From positions 32,001-96,000 of the IMG/VR virus record IMGVR_UViG_3300005611_000007: 64,000 nt of DNA; one strand, written 5' to 3'. Source of the stretch: a virus (lineage: Duplodnaviria > Caudoviricetes). The first letter of the stretch is position 1; the number at the start of each line of letters is the position of its first letter. The notes under the pieces were generated by a model. The model worked only from the letters and a program-made list of their open reading frames with translations. It searched no databases and had not been told where the DNA came from. This document shows, one piece after another, positions 36,971 through 46,826 of the stretch. A program made the translations under genes and the position numbers.

Positions 36971-37414
36971 TTATGAGAACACTGATAAAGCTACCCTTTT
37001 AATCACCGTATTTGATGTACACAAATAGAGATAGTTTGAATCCCAGAAGATAGAACCATCATGGGGTCTATCAGTGGTAGGAGATCCAAACTCGGTTGTT
37101 GAGTTATTTGTTCCTGGTGTTTTACTTGTCTTGATTGTGATACGATTAGTAGCACCAACAATCTGAGACATTGTAGTTGTACCAGTCACTACAACGTTTG
37201 ATGTGAAATTAACATTACTACCAGTAAATGACCCATTAGCGGATACCGTCAAACTTCCTGTGATAGAAGTATTTGACGGTAACGCGCCTAGGAGAGTCTT
37301 TACGGTAATCGACTTGCTTACAGGCGTTCCATTAGGATCGTCCACAATAAGAAGAAGGTCTTCATCATTGGGACTTGTCAAAGCTGTAAGCTGTGATACC
37401 TTCTTATCTGCCAT
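36971..37414 (-). CDS. putative virion fibre/decoration protein
   Basis: MADKKVSQLTAL start; WDSNYLYLC..KRVALS end. Confidence 0.7.
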   Translation of the reverse strand: MADKKVSQLTALTSPNDEDLLLIVDDPNGTPVSKSITVKTLLGALPSNTSITGSLTVSANGSFTGSNVNFTSNVVVTGTTTMSQIVGATNRITIKTSKTPGTNNSTTEFGSPTTDRPHDGSIFWDSNYLYLCTSNTVIKRVALSVFS

Positions 37415-37425
37415 TAGTTATATCC

Positions 37426-38130
37426 TTATACGCCTTTTGGGCTAACCTGGAAGTTAGTAACACGAGTGCCGGCACCATTAGTAAGGTTATTAGCGACAGC
37501 GCCAGTAATTGTAACGTTAGCAGCATAAGCAACACCTTCTTCTGGGTTGTACAGTGGCATACCAGTTACAGATATCGCTTGTGCATTAACATGATATGTA
37601 GCCCTAGCAGAACCAGATCCACCTTGTAGAGCAGGCATTGTAAATACCAGTGTATTATTAGCACCAATTAGATTAGATGCTGTTTGTGCGGTAAATCTAG
37701 CAACACCATTATTACCACCGGCGGTGTTAGAAAGATTAATTGATAATGCGTTACCACTATTCTTAAACTTAATTGGTCCGTTGAATACAACATAAAGGTT
37801 TGCAGACACGTTAGCAGAAATAACGCCATTAGCGTTTAACTTTACATACACTTGTGCGATATCTGTTTTACCTAGATGTGTATTGGATGTGTAGTAAAAT
37901 CCTGAACCTGGAGCAGCCGCGACTAAAACTTCATCGATAGTGCGGGTACTACCATGCATATCAGTTTTATTTTGACGACGAACCCAACCTACTCTAGTTG
38001 CAATAACATTTCTCTTAGAAGCCAAATTATCGGCTTCTGGGAATGGTTGATAACCAGCAACAATACCAGCTACAGTATTAGCGCCTGATGCAACGGCTGT
38101 ACTTTCTCTTCTAAAATCCCAACTTGACAT
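37426..38130 (-). CDS. putative virion structural protein
   Basis: GWVRR..EVLVA motif; Ala/Asn/Gly-rich. Confidence 0.65.
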   Translation of the reverse strand: MSSWDFRRESTAVASGANTVAGIVAGYQPFPEADNLASKRNVIATRVGWVRRQNKTDMHGSTRTIDEVLVAAAPGSGFYYTSNTHLGKTDIAQVYVKLNANGVISANVSANLYVVFNGPIKFKNSGNALSINLSNTAGGNNGVARFTAQTASNLIGANNTLVFTMPALQGGSGSARATYHVNAQAISVTGMPLYNPEEGVAYAANVTITGAVANNLTNGAGTRVTNFQVSPKGV

Positions 38131-38187
38131 TTATTTTCCTTTCTCTTTTCGGATTTTAATCAATTATCCTACTCGGCATAATATAAA

Positions 38188-38514
38188 TTATCTAGAAGCA
38201 ATAAATCTCTGACATACTTCTAAACTTGATGATTTCTTTACTTCTCTACCATTATATTGAACAGTCCAGAATGAACCATTCTTTTCTAGAACATACTCTG
38301 AGTTAGTTGATACAGTTTCTGGTTGAACAACTGAAATTTCTTCTACAACTTCTTCTTCAGTTTCAGTTTCAGCAAAATATGCATTCGCTTCTGCTTCTAA
38401 AACCTTTTGTACTAGTTTCCACTTTGATTCGCGTCTATCTAATTCAATACCAAGAGTTCTCCCATGATCTTCTAACTCTTTTTTTGACATTTTTTTCAAT
38501 TCACTTTCTGACAT
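38188..38514 (-). CDS. hypothetical protein (Rho-N-like helical start)
   Basis: MSKKELE..GR.LGIELDRR..K. Confidence 0.65.
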   Translation of the reverse strand: MSESELKKMSKKELEDHGRTLGIELDRRESKWKLVQKVLEAEANAYFAETETEEEVVEEISVVQPETVSTNSEYVLEKNGSFWTVQYNGREVKKSSSLEVCQRFIASR

Positions 38515-38524
38515 TACTTTCTCC

Positions 38525-39610
38525 TCAATCTAAGTCTAATGGATTTTTTGGCTTTTCAATTTTACCTTGTAGAGCCATTTTAAAATGTTTCAAGCTTTTA
38601 TGGGCGCTTTTCATTAATCTACCTTTATCGATAGAAGATTTTTGTTTATTATATACTGTCATAAATTGTTGTGCATCTCTACTAGAAACTTGTGATGACG
38701 TACCGTCTAAGAAGTTTACTTTATTACCATTTAGAGAAATTGCTTTCCTCATTTGCATAACAAAGTTAGAATCAGAGGATACATCATCTTCTTTCTTTGG
38801 CCGTCCACGAGCTTCATCAATTTCTACTTCTTCTTTCATCGCTTGTTTTGTAGCAGTTGCATACATAACATCTTTCCAACGATCGCCATAACGTTTTTTC
38901 AGATCACCACTGCTTTTCTTCATACCTTTAACAATTTCTTCACGCTTCTTCATCTGAACATCAGACATTTCATGAAGCGGTGACAATGAATCTCTGACTT
39001 GCGCTTTCAATTTAGGACCAAAAGTTGTCCCCTTTTCCCATTCCGCGTATGCTTGAGAAGGACTAATTTTTCTAACTTTCATCAAAGAATGAATTTTAGA
39101 AACTGCCTTTTTTACTGCTGAATCATGAGCGAGTTTAAGTGTTTTTGGTTCTTCATCAAGGTCAACTTCTTCTTTTGCCATCATTGTACGAGCATCGTCC
39201 ATTGATGGTTTAGTGTCGATCTTGTCAGGTTTATCACTTAACTCATCATCTTTCTTTTTCTTTTTCTTTTTGTCGTTCTTACCGTCGCCATCCATATCGT
39301 TCTTTTGAGCATCGGTCATTTCATCTTCGTCATCTTCCATATCATCATCGTCATTATCATCGTTCTCTTTGACCTTGGTGGCTTCTTTCATTGCCTTCAT
39401 TACGGCTTTACGACGATTGTGTAGATACTCATCTGAACTATCTACATCACCATCGTTATCAATGTCTTTGTCTTTACGATCAGCATGAGAACCCTTTAAT
39501 GCCTTCGCATCTACAGGATCTAACGCTTCTTTCTTGCTTTTACCCGTCATAATTTCTGTGACGGCTTTAACAAGATCATCCGGGCTATTAAAGAGATTCT
39601 TAGGGAACAT
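38525..39610 (-). CDS. putative prohead core/internal head protein
   Basis: DIDNDGDVD motif, low complexity, LDEE/LHE/IDE cleavage-like sites. Confidence 0.65.
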   Translation of the reverse strand: MFPKNLFNSPDDLVKAVTEIMTGKSKKEALDPVDAKALKGSHADRKDKDIDNDGDVDSSDEYLHNRRKAVMKAMKEATKVKENDDNDDDDMEDDEDEMTDAQKNDMDGDGKNDKKKKKKKDDELSDKPDKIDTKPSMDDARTMMAKEEVDLDEEPKTLKLAHDSAVKKAVSKIHSLMKVRKISPSQAYAEWEKGTTFGPKLKAQVRDSLSPLHEMSDVQMKKREEIVKGMKKSSGDLKKRYGDRWKDVMYATATKQAMKEEVEIDEARGRPKKEDDVSSDSNFVMQMRKAISLNGNKVNFLDGTSSQVSSRDAQQFMTVYNKQKSSIDKGRLMKSAHKSLKHFKMALQGKIEKPKNPLDLD

Positions 39611-39611
39611 T

Positions 39612-39905
39612 TTATTTCTTCTTTTTACTATGCATGTGGGATTCGGATTTGGTGATTTCAATGTCTTTAGTAGAAACCTTCTCTGTTAGACCATTGCGAA
39701 AAGCAACTGTATACCACTCAATTTGACCATTATCATCTGGATCCGCATGTTGTTCAGAGATAGTAATACCCTCGCCATATTCTTCATGTACTACATGAGT
39801 AGCACAATCATGCATGGTATCTTTAACATCTTCGCCGTCTTTTTTCTCTTCTATGGTTTCTTCACCAAGAAAACGACGACCTGTGGGAGTTAGAATATAA
39901 GACAT
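39612..39905 (-). CDS. conserved late protein
   Basis: HDCATHV.H..YG.G; TATAAATA at 39931..39938. Confidence 0.65.
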   Translation of the reverse strand: MSYILTPTGRRFLGEETIEEKKDGEDVKDTMHDCATHVVHEEYGEGITISEQHADPDDNGQIEWYTVAFRNGLTEKVSTKDIEITKSESHMHSKKKK

Positions 39906-39916
39906 TTTTATTTCCT

Positions 39917-40195
39917 CTATGTTTTTCTATTATTTATATTATCCTCACTCTGATTGACTAGATAGTCTCTAGCAGAGTTTAGATGGTCTCCTGCTACTGC
40001 AATTTTGTTTGTTAACCAAGTTGGTAGTGAACTCTCTTTGTCCATAGCCTGTAGTACTTCTTGTAGTTGTTGAGCATCTTCAGCGAGAGACTGTAGTTTA
40101 GTAATCATACTAGCAACATCAGTATGTCCGTCTTCTTGTAGATAACTGTACCCATCCCTAAACAGACTTCTTATAGTGTTTTCCAGACTTTTCAT
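39917..40195 (-). CDS. putative internal head protein
   Basis: MKSLE...LQE|DGH; LP.W..NKI. Confidence 0.6.
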   Translation of the reverse strand: MKSLENTIRSLFRDGYSYLQEDGHTDVASMITKLQSLAEDAQQLQEVLQAMDKESSLPTWLTNKIAVAGDHLNSARDYLVNQSEDNINNRKT

Positions 40196-40502
40196 ATTTT
40201 TCTAACCTTAATACTAGTTTTGTTGAACCTTTTATCAATCTGTGAAATACCATTTCTGGTATATAAAATTCATCACCTACATGCATTTCAGTTGGTAACT
40301 CATCTTCATATTGTAATGACCAACCTTCACCTTCTAATACATCTATGTGTCTATTCTCTTTGTCACGGTGCCAAACTAAATCATCTTCATTTGGGTTATC
40401 AAATGTTCTAATATCACCATTATCAGTATATATTACCAAAAGAAGGATCCTCCGCCACTTAACCCAAGGCTCTTTGCATAATAAGGAAGACGACAAGCCC
40501 AA
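40158..40502 (-). CDS. cupin-like protein (true start probably near 40440)
   Basis: LVWHRD..R..WxLQ..LP..IP..FHRLIKG. Confidence 0.7.
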   Translation of the reverse strand: MGLSSSLLCKEPWVKWRRILLLVIYTDNGDIRTFDNPNEDDLVWHRDKENRHIDVLEGEGWSLQYEDELPTEMHVGDEFYIPEMVFHRLIKGSTKLVLRLEKYEKSGKHYKKSV

Positions 40503-40966
40503 TACGCCGCTGTTGTTTTATCATTTTGCATATGACATCTATGTCTTGCTGCAAATGACTTTCGTGCTCCAGGATCATTGAGTTTTACCTTTAGCCCTGT
40601 TGTATCTCCCCAAGTCACTTTCTTAATATTCTTAGTTGATGGATCTCTCACATAAACATAATACTTCTTAGGTCCACCTCTTTTTGGTTTGTTTAATTCT
40701 GGTGTCTCTTCTTCATCTATCATAGGAAAGTCTAGAGGAACATCAACACCATCTACTTCAGCAAAATTTCCAATATCACTATTAAGAAAATCTTCGTCAA
40801 GAGGTGTAAGTTCTAGACCCTCTTCTTCATATCTTCTACGAACTTCATTAATTACTTCAAAGTATTTTTCTGAACCATATCTAAAAATAGATTCGGCAAA
40901 AGGAATATCTTTTGCAATATGATACTTAATAGATTCTGAAATTAAATGATTCTTAAACTTCACCAT
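40433..40966 (-). CDS. putative internal head protein
   Basis: MVKFKNHLISE; RKSFAARH.C..YWAC. Confidence 0.7.
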   Translation of the reverse strand: MVKFKNHLISESIKYHIAKDIPFAESIFRYGSEKYFEVINEVRRRYEEEGLELTPLDEDFLNSDIGNFAEVDGVDVPLDFPMIDEEETPELNKPKRGGPKKYYVYVRDPSTKNIKKVTWGDTTGLKVKLNDPGARKSFAARHRCHMQNDKTTAAYWACRLPYYAKSLGLSGGGSFFW

Positions 40967-43900
40967 CTTCCTCCTCCTCATCTACTAAAACTGAAGGATG
41001 CAAAGCAAATCCTGCTTGAGTCTTAATACCTAGATCTTTAGCGAAATAGGTAACACCAATACCAGAAGTCGTTGCCATCTCAAAAGATTCATTTAAGTCT
41101 TTTTTAAATAAGTTTTCAAACTCTTCATTTCTACTTGTCATTCTATTCTTTGTACGGGCATCTCTAAGTCTTGCTGCATCCATTTCGCGATCATGTTTAG
41201 TTTTCAGTGCCTCTTTCTCGCTAGTGTGCCGTTGTTTAACCGTATCCATTGCATCACCTTCTTTTATTCTCTTACCTTCATCATCATACTTACCAGATTT
41301 CTTTTTAGCAATAGCAATAGCAGCTTGTTGCGCCCATGACTTTGCTTCGTTCTGTATAGAGAACTTCTCATCAATGGATAGTTCTTCTTTACGAACATTC
41401 TTCCACAAATCTGCATCAGCAGTTGTTCTTGTCTTGCCGCCGGTGATAAATGAATTCACACGAGCATATGCCCATTGTTGTGGTGTAGTACCTGGACGAT
41501 GACCTGTACGCCACGCCGCCATACCTCTATCATATACTTTCTTTAGAATACTATAAGAGATACCAGACTTCTCTGCTTTCTTTTTCAACCCTTCTAAAGA
41601 TTTCTCTTCAAGATACATATATTGCACAAACTCTTCATTGATGCCTCTAACAGACTTAGCTTGACTAATCCAGTTTTGTGCAAATTTATTACGTGGTTCT
41701 TGTTTCATCCATGCAGATATTTTTTTGTAAACAGAGGTAGAAGCGGCTTCAAAATTAGAACCTTCTGAATTATCTACAATAAAGAATTTGGATTTAAAAC
41801 TATTCTGAAACTTACCTAAATTGTTCTGTACAGACTTCCACATTTTTGTCACTTTTTCATCAGGAAGACTTCTATCTCGTTCACGATTTCTTTTAAGTGC
41901 TGTATCTTCATCTGTGTTGACAAAAATCATAGCAGTTTCATAACCTATAGCTTCTAGTTGTTCTTTTTGTTTTTGAATTTTTTGATAATCTTTACCAGTA
42001 CCATCAATTACTAAACCAAGTCTACCATTTAGATATAAAGATTGTTGTTTTTTAGTAAGAGCCTTAGCGCGATCTCGTATAGTTTGTCCTTTTGTTGAGT
42101 AGATATCTTCTGGAGTTGTATTCAATCCAGCATTTTTTAAACCTAATTCAAAAATTGGATCCGAGTTTACTAATTTGAAACCTAACCCTACTAAACCAGT
42201 TCTACCTACAATAAACGATTTACCAGAACCAGGACCACCTGCTAAAAATACTGCTTTGAATATACCAGGATCGTTTAAACCTTCATCAAGTTCATATGAT
42301 TCGTATTTAATCACGGGGCTTGTTGTAGTGAAATTTTTCTTTCTCATAATAGTTTTATGAACTACATCTAGTGTGCCATCTTTATCTACTTTAATAGCAA
42401 TAGGTAAATTCAAATCTTTTTGAATATCTTTTAATACTACTTCAGCATTAGGATATTTTTTTATATTGACTGCTTTCTTTTTAGCAATCTTTTTAAATAA
42501 CCCCTGTAGTTCAGACACTTTTATTTCAGGTTTATTTCTATCATCGTTCATTCTATCAGCGAAGTGACGTGAAAATGAAATGTCTACACCAAACTTATCT
42601 AACAATCTATCACCAAATTTTTCTAAGTCAGAAAGCTGATTGGCTGTGACCGTTTCACCAAACATCTGCTTATACTTCTTAGTATGCTTAGATGGTTTGG
42701 TTTCAGCACCAAAATCGCCGGGAGCTGGCTTATATGCCGCTGGATTATCATCATCCATTTTAGCACTTTTTTTGAAATGCGTATCTCTAGCATCCTTTGT
42801 AGACTTTTTCAAACCAGAATAATATTTCTTAGGTTGAGTTCCTTCTTTGTCTTTAACATCAGGATCTTGGGCGACTTCTTCCCATTTAACTTCTTTCTTC
42901 TTAAAGTCAGATAGTTTCTTTAATTGTTTCTTTCCAACATGAGCAATTTTCCATCCACTTTTAGCTAGACTATTTGCATAATCTCTAACTTCAGGTGCTT
43001 TTAACATTTTAACTTGGTCAGTTTTTGGTCCTGCTTTTATCTTTACTGTCATGTAATTTGGTTTATTGGTTACAGGACGAATTTCTACAGTATCTGCACC
43101 TTTCTTTAACATAATAGAACTTATTTCATCTAATTGTTCTAGAATGTCTAAATCGATTTGTTCTTCTAATGGCGCACCAGGATTTTGCGCTCTTAGACGG
43201 AACGCTTTTACAATATCTGCCCTTTCTACTCTCTCAATATCATGAATGTTTTCTTCTGGATTTCTAATAACTTTACGAAGCTTGCTACGAATAGTAGAGG
43301 CACTAGGTGCATCCATATAGACCGTAGGCATACCTTCTACGTCTACTTTGAAATAAAGTTCATTGATATAGTTATCAAACTGTTCATTTTTGTTAAGATT
43401 ACGAAATCTTTCTTGTTCTTTTTTTACAATTTTTGGAAGCAGTCTTTTTGCTATTGTAGAAACTAATGGTAGTTTCTTTGCTACTAATCTATCAATACCA
43501 ATCTTTTCTGAAGGTGATAGTGTTCTATATTGTTTGCCTTTCTCACCAGCAACTCTTTTCTTTAATAATAAGATTGCTGCTTTTCTTGATCTTTTAACTA
43601 ACTGCGCTCTTCTTGCCATTCTACGTAGAGCAATTTTTCTTTTTCTTGCAATAATAGGTGCAAGTCGTCTCATCTGTAAACGTTTTTTCATTCTTTGTTG
43701 TAATGTTAAAGGTTTTCTTTCCTCTGACATTAAATCGTCATTACATGTAATAGGACCTTCTACGGACCAATCAATATCATCTTGCCAATCGTCATCCATT
43801 ATTTCATCAAATAATTCATCCAGTTCTTCATCGGAAATATCTTCCCATTCTTCTTCAACAGACTCCATTACAGACCTAATAGTGTCATAAACTTTCTTCT

Positions 43901-44402
43901 TATCAGTTTCTTTTAGTTTGGATGGCATCCCTTGTTTGAATGTGTCATAATCGCCTGCTTGTGCAATACCTCGAAGTTTAGAAGCAGACATACCAGCAAC
44001 ACCTTCAGCGTCTGGATCTCGTTCTCCAGCAGACACAACTTCAATCTTATCAAAGTTGTAATCTTTACCGTTATATTTTGCTAAAAATGATTTGAACTCA
44101 GGAACACGATCACTACCAGCAACCAGAATAACTTCTGTGTGTCCCATCTTCTCTAGTTCTTGCATCACCTGGATGATAGTCTTGGCAGAAGACTTAGTGA
44201 CGGCTTTGCCAAACGACTTCTTGGCAATATCAATTTTCGTATTGTATGGAAGAGGATCTTTCTTAGCGTTCTGTGTGTGGCTAAGAAATATATGTGGCAT
44301 CGCCCCACGACGTTTAGCCTCGCTGTAAACTTTATCAGCAAGTTTTTCATGTCCGATTGTTGGGGGATTCATGCGCCCAAAAGCGAAAACTGTCTTACTC
44401 AT
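40953..44402 (-). CDS. multidomain protein: HIGH nucleotidyltransferase, HFxDR domain, P-loop kinase, C-terminal helical domain
   Basis: FGRMNPPTIGH, AGSDR, MSASK; FSRHFADR; AGGPGSGKS..DGTG..RN.ER; VYDRG.AAW..WA.ARVNSF. Confidence 0.85.
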   Translation of the reverse strand: MSKTVFAFGRMNPPTIGHEKLADKVYSEAKRRGAMPHIFLSHTQNAKKDPLPYNTKIDIAKKSFGKAVTKSSAKTIIQVMQELEKMGHTEVILVAGSDRVPEFKSFLAKYNGKDYNFDKIEVVSAGERDPDAEGVAGMSASKLRGIAQAGDYDTFKQGMPSKLKETDKKKVYDTIRSVMESVEEEWEDISDEELDELFDEIMDDDWQDDIDWSVEGPITCNDDLMSEERKPLTLQQRMKKRLQMRRLAPIIARKRKIALRRMARRAQLVKRSRKAAILLLKKRVAGEKGKQYRTLSPSEKIGIDRLVAKKLPLVSTIAKRLLPKIVKKEQERFRNLNKNEQFDNYINELYFKVDVEGMPTVYMDAPSASTIRSKLRKVIRNPEENIHDIERVERADIVKAFRLRAQNPGAPLEEQIDLDILEQLDEISSIMLKKGADTVEIRPVTNKPNYMTVKIKAGPKTDQVKMLKAPEVRDYANSLAKSGWKIAHVGKKQLKKLSDFKKKEVKWEEVAQDPDVKDKEGTQPKKYYSGLKKSTKDARDTHFKKSAKMDDDNPAAYKPAPGDFGAETKPSKHTKKYKQMFGETVTANQLSDLEKFGDRLLDKFGVDISFSRHFADRMNDDRNKPEIKVSELQGLFKKIAKKKAVNIKKYPNAEVVLKDIQKDLNLPIAIKVDKDGTLDVVHKTIMRKKNFTTTSPVIKYESYELDEGLNDPGIFKAVFLAGGPGSGKSFIVGRTGLVGLGFKLVNSDPIFELGLKNAGLNTTPEDIYSTKGQTIRDRAKALTKKQQSLYLNGRLGLVIDGTGKDYQKIQKQKEQLEAIGYETAMIFVNTDEDTALKRNRERDRSLPDEKVTKMWKSVQNNLGKFQNSFKSKFFIVDNSEGSNFEAASTSVYKKISAWMKQEPRNKFAQNWISQAKSVRGINEEFVQYMYLEEKSLEGLKKKAEKSGISYSILKKVYDRGMAAWRTGHRPGTTPQQWAYARVNSFITGGKTRTTADADLWKNVRKEELSIDEKFSIQNEAKSWAQQAAIAIAKKKSGKYDDEGKRIKEGDAMDTVKQRHTSEKEALKTKHDREMDAARLRDARTKNRMTSRNEEFENLFKKDLNESFEMATTSGIGVTYFAKDLGIKTQAGFALHPSVLVDEEEEDGEV

Positions 44403-44438
44403 TTTATCTCCAGGGTTTTCCTTAGACTTACCTGAACA

Positions 44439-44446
44439 TATTTATA
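44439..44446 (-). promoter_or_regulatory. T4 late promoter
   Basis: TATAAATA 36 nt before the 1149-aa gene. Confidence 0.75.
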
Positions 44447-44450
44447 AAAA

Positions 44451-44762
44451 TCAGACGTTGAAACTTTCTCCACATCCACACTGGGCTTTACTATTCGGAT
44501 TGACCACCTTTAGATAAGAACCACCGAGTTCTGTTACATAATCTACAGTAGAACCAATAACGTAAAACTCAGCCAGATTGTCAAGTACAATAATGTCATC
44601 TATCAACACGCCTTCTTCTACAGTATCAGCGAAGTCCCATTTGTATTGAAACCCACTACAACCGCCGCTGTCTACCGATAAATGAATGTACTTTTTATTG
44701 TGTGTCTTTTTCATGTTCGTCAGATACGTCTTCGCTGACTCTGTTATCTGAACTGGGTACAT
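44451..44762 (-). CDS. iscA: A-type Fe-S carrier (IscA/HesB)
   Basis: GGCSG, NPN...CGCGESF. Confidence 0.92.
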   Translation of the reverse strand: MYPVQITESAKTYLTNMKKTHNKKYIHLSVDSGGCSGFQYKWDFADTVEEGVLIDDIIVLDNLAEFYVIGSTVDYVTELGGSYLKVVNPNSKAQCGCGESFNV

Positions 44763-44834
44763 ACTTATACTCCTCCGGTACTGAACCCCAACCTACAATA
44801 CGAAACTATTCTCTTTCTGTGTATCCTCTATTGT

Positions 44835-46076
44835 TTACTTCTGCCATCCTTTTATCACATCCGCTGAAAAGTTTGCTCTACTAAACTCCATACGATCTAC
44901 AAGTTTCACGGCACCACCTTCTAATCGATCAATTGCAACATAACCTTCTTGATTGGTCACTTTAAATCCTGTGGATGTTCGTAAAAATGTTGCCAGTGAA
45001 CTTGTTTGATTCAGTTTATTGACAACCATTTCCTTTGCCTTTGTCAGAAGAATCACAACATCATAGATAGTATACAGATTTTTTTGATGGTTGTCAAAAT
45101 AAATCATCAACTTTTTCATCTTTTCCAATTGATCTTGTTGACCTTTTGGTGACTTTTTCTTTGATGCTTCTTTCTCATAGTATTCTCTAAAATATTTTAC
45201 TAATTCGTTTACATGAGCCCGAGAACTAACAATAGATTTGCCAGCACGTACCTTGGAGTTATTGAATGCTTTGAGACGAATTAGAAACTCGTCCTCTCCA
45301 GCAATATCGTTTAGTGCAGCCGCTGGTAATTTTTGGAATAATTTACCAGCCTGAGATAGAATACTGGTCAGTTGTTTTGTCTCTGTCTCTGTGAAAGTGG
45401 CGGTACCAGATACGTCTTTATATGTAGCATCGTCCATCCACACTGAAGGCACAGATTTCATCTTATTGACAATACCTTTACCAAAAGAAGATTTCATACT
45501 CTGGATTGTCTTGCCAGTATATGTAGTATGCCAGACAATACCAATCTTTGCTCTACGAATTGTCTTTGCTAGAGGAGTGCCCATAGGAACTGCATAGACG
45601 ATAGTGTTTGGTTGGAATGTAAGATAGTCTTGACCTTCAATCTTTTCTTTTGATAGGTCTTCACTGGTAAACATCAAATCGCCTTGATAGACACCAGACT
45701 TGATACCTAACTTGGAGAATTCTGTAAAGGCGACAACGAACTTACTGGTAAGTTCAGCAGACATGCCTTCTTTCTTGATATCGTCAACAGACTTAAACAT
45801 CTGCGGATTGATATTGAATAGACCTTTTTTCGCTACAAAGAACTTACCATCTTCTGGATCCACACCTGCAAAAATGGCAGGAGCTCCATCCCACTTAGTT
45901 GTAATGTTAATAGATTTAGAAGAGGAACCACTAAGCATATCACGAACGCTACGGAGAAAAAGAATAGCTCGACGTGTTCCAGTAACCCCTTCATTAAAGA
46001 CGAGATCTTCGATATGCTCCAAGTGAACATTTTTGCCCTCTTTGGATTCTGTTAGATATTGTTTAAAATTAATCAT
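44835..46076 (-). CDS. conserved T4-like protein (DUF6267-like) with ligase-type motifs
   Basis: MINFKQYLTE; KNxHLEH; TKWDG; QGDL; EGYV; VKL. Confidence 0.75.
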   Translation of the reverse strand: MINFKQYLTESKEGKNVHLEHIEDLVFNEGVTGTRRAILFLRSVRDMLSGSSSKSINITTKWDGAPAIFAGVDPEDGKFFVAKKGLFNINPQMFKSVDDIKKEGMSAELTSKFVVAFTEFSKLGIKSGVYQGDLMFTSEDLSKEKIEGQDYLTFQPNTIVYAVPMGTPLAKTIRRAKIGIVWHTTYTGKTIQSMKSSFGKGIVNKMKSVPSVWMDDATYKDVSGTATFTETETKQLTSILSQAGKLFQKLPAAALNDIAGEDEFLIRLKAFNNSKVRAGKSIVSSRAHVNELVKYFREYYEKEASKKKSPKGQQDQLEKMKKLMIYFDNHQKNLYTIYDVVILLTKAKEMVVNKLNQTSSLATFLRTSTGFKVTNQEGYVAIDRLEGGAVKLVDRMEFSRANFSADVIKGWQK

Positions 46077-46826
46077 TTAAAAAACAATCATATCTCTAGA
46101 TTTAGTAGGTTTATCAGTAACTACAAGTCTACCAGCAGAATCTCCTTTTGAAGGAGATTTACCATAAATTTTAGGTATCCCATTTTTGTCAGAGGCTTCT
46201 GGATCAAACATTTGATCCACGCGTCTTGCCCTCAATCTAAAGAATAAATCTTTACTTTCAGAGTATTTGTTAGCCTCTATTGCTTTTCCGTTTATTGTTA
46301 ATTTGCCATTTTTAAAGGAACCTTTAACATCCATAGGACCTATATACATATAGTCTATAGGACCTCCCATAGCTTCATTACCTATAACAAGTAATTTCTT
46401 ATCTTTGTCGTTTAACTTAGCAAAAGTATCAGGAACCTTATCACCAACTTTTAAACCTTTTTTCTTATGATTATCATAAGCCGCTCTAAAAAATCTAGCT
46501 CCAATACCAGGAATAATTTCTTCAATTCCTCGAAGACCACCTCCCGCTAAAGATGGTGCTGAAGGACCTTTCATAGAAAAATTTAACACTCCTGAAGAAG
46601 TATATACCTTTACATCCGTATAAGGTTCTGAACCAGATCTTTGTCTACCAGAAAACTTTTCCGCTTTTATGACATTTTTAACAGTATCTTCTTTTGTTAT
46701 TAAATCAAAAGGTTTTTCATTATTTTGTTTGAAAGACGTATTTATTAATTCTACAAATGCGTTTTCTTGTCTCTCAGCAGATTGTCCTGCTTCTTGTAGG
46801 TCTAGAAACTGCTTAAATCTAATCAT
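46077..46826 (-). CDS. putative PD-(D/E)xK nuclease-like head protein
   Basis: MIRFKQFLDLQE; PYTD...FSMK; TATAAATA at 46883..46890. Confidence 0.55.
   Translation of the reverse strand: MIRFKQFLDLQEAGQSAERQENAFVELINTSFKQNNEKPFDLITKEDTVKNVIKAEKFSGRQRSGSEPYTDVKVYTSSGVLNFSMKGPSAPSLAGGGLRGIEEIIPGIGARFFRAAYDNHKKKGLKVGDKVPDTFAKLNDKDKKLLVIGNEAMGGPIDYMYIGPMDVKGSFKNGKLTINGKAIEANKYSESKDLFFRLRARRVDQMFDPEASDKNGIPKIYGKSPSKGDSAGRLVVTDKPTKSRDMIVF

Noticed and set aside
44765-44832. Possible dioxygenase gene remnant (reads FRIVGWVQ)
   Set aside because: Too short to distinguish from chance
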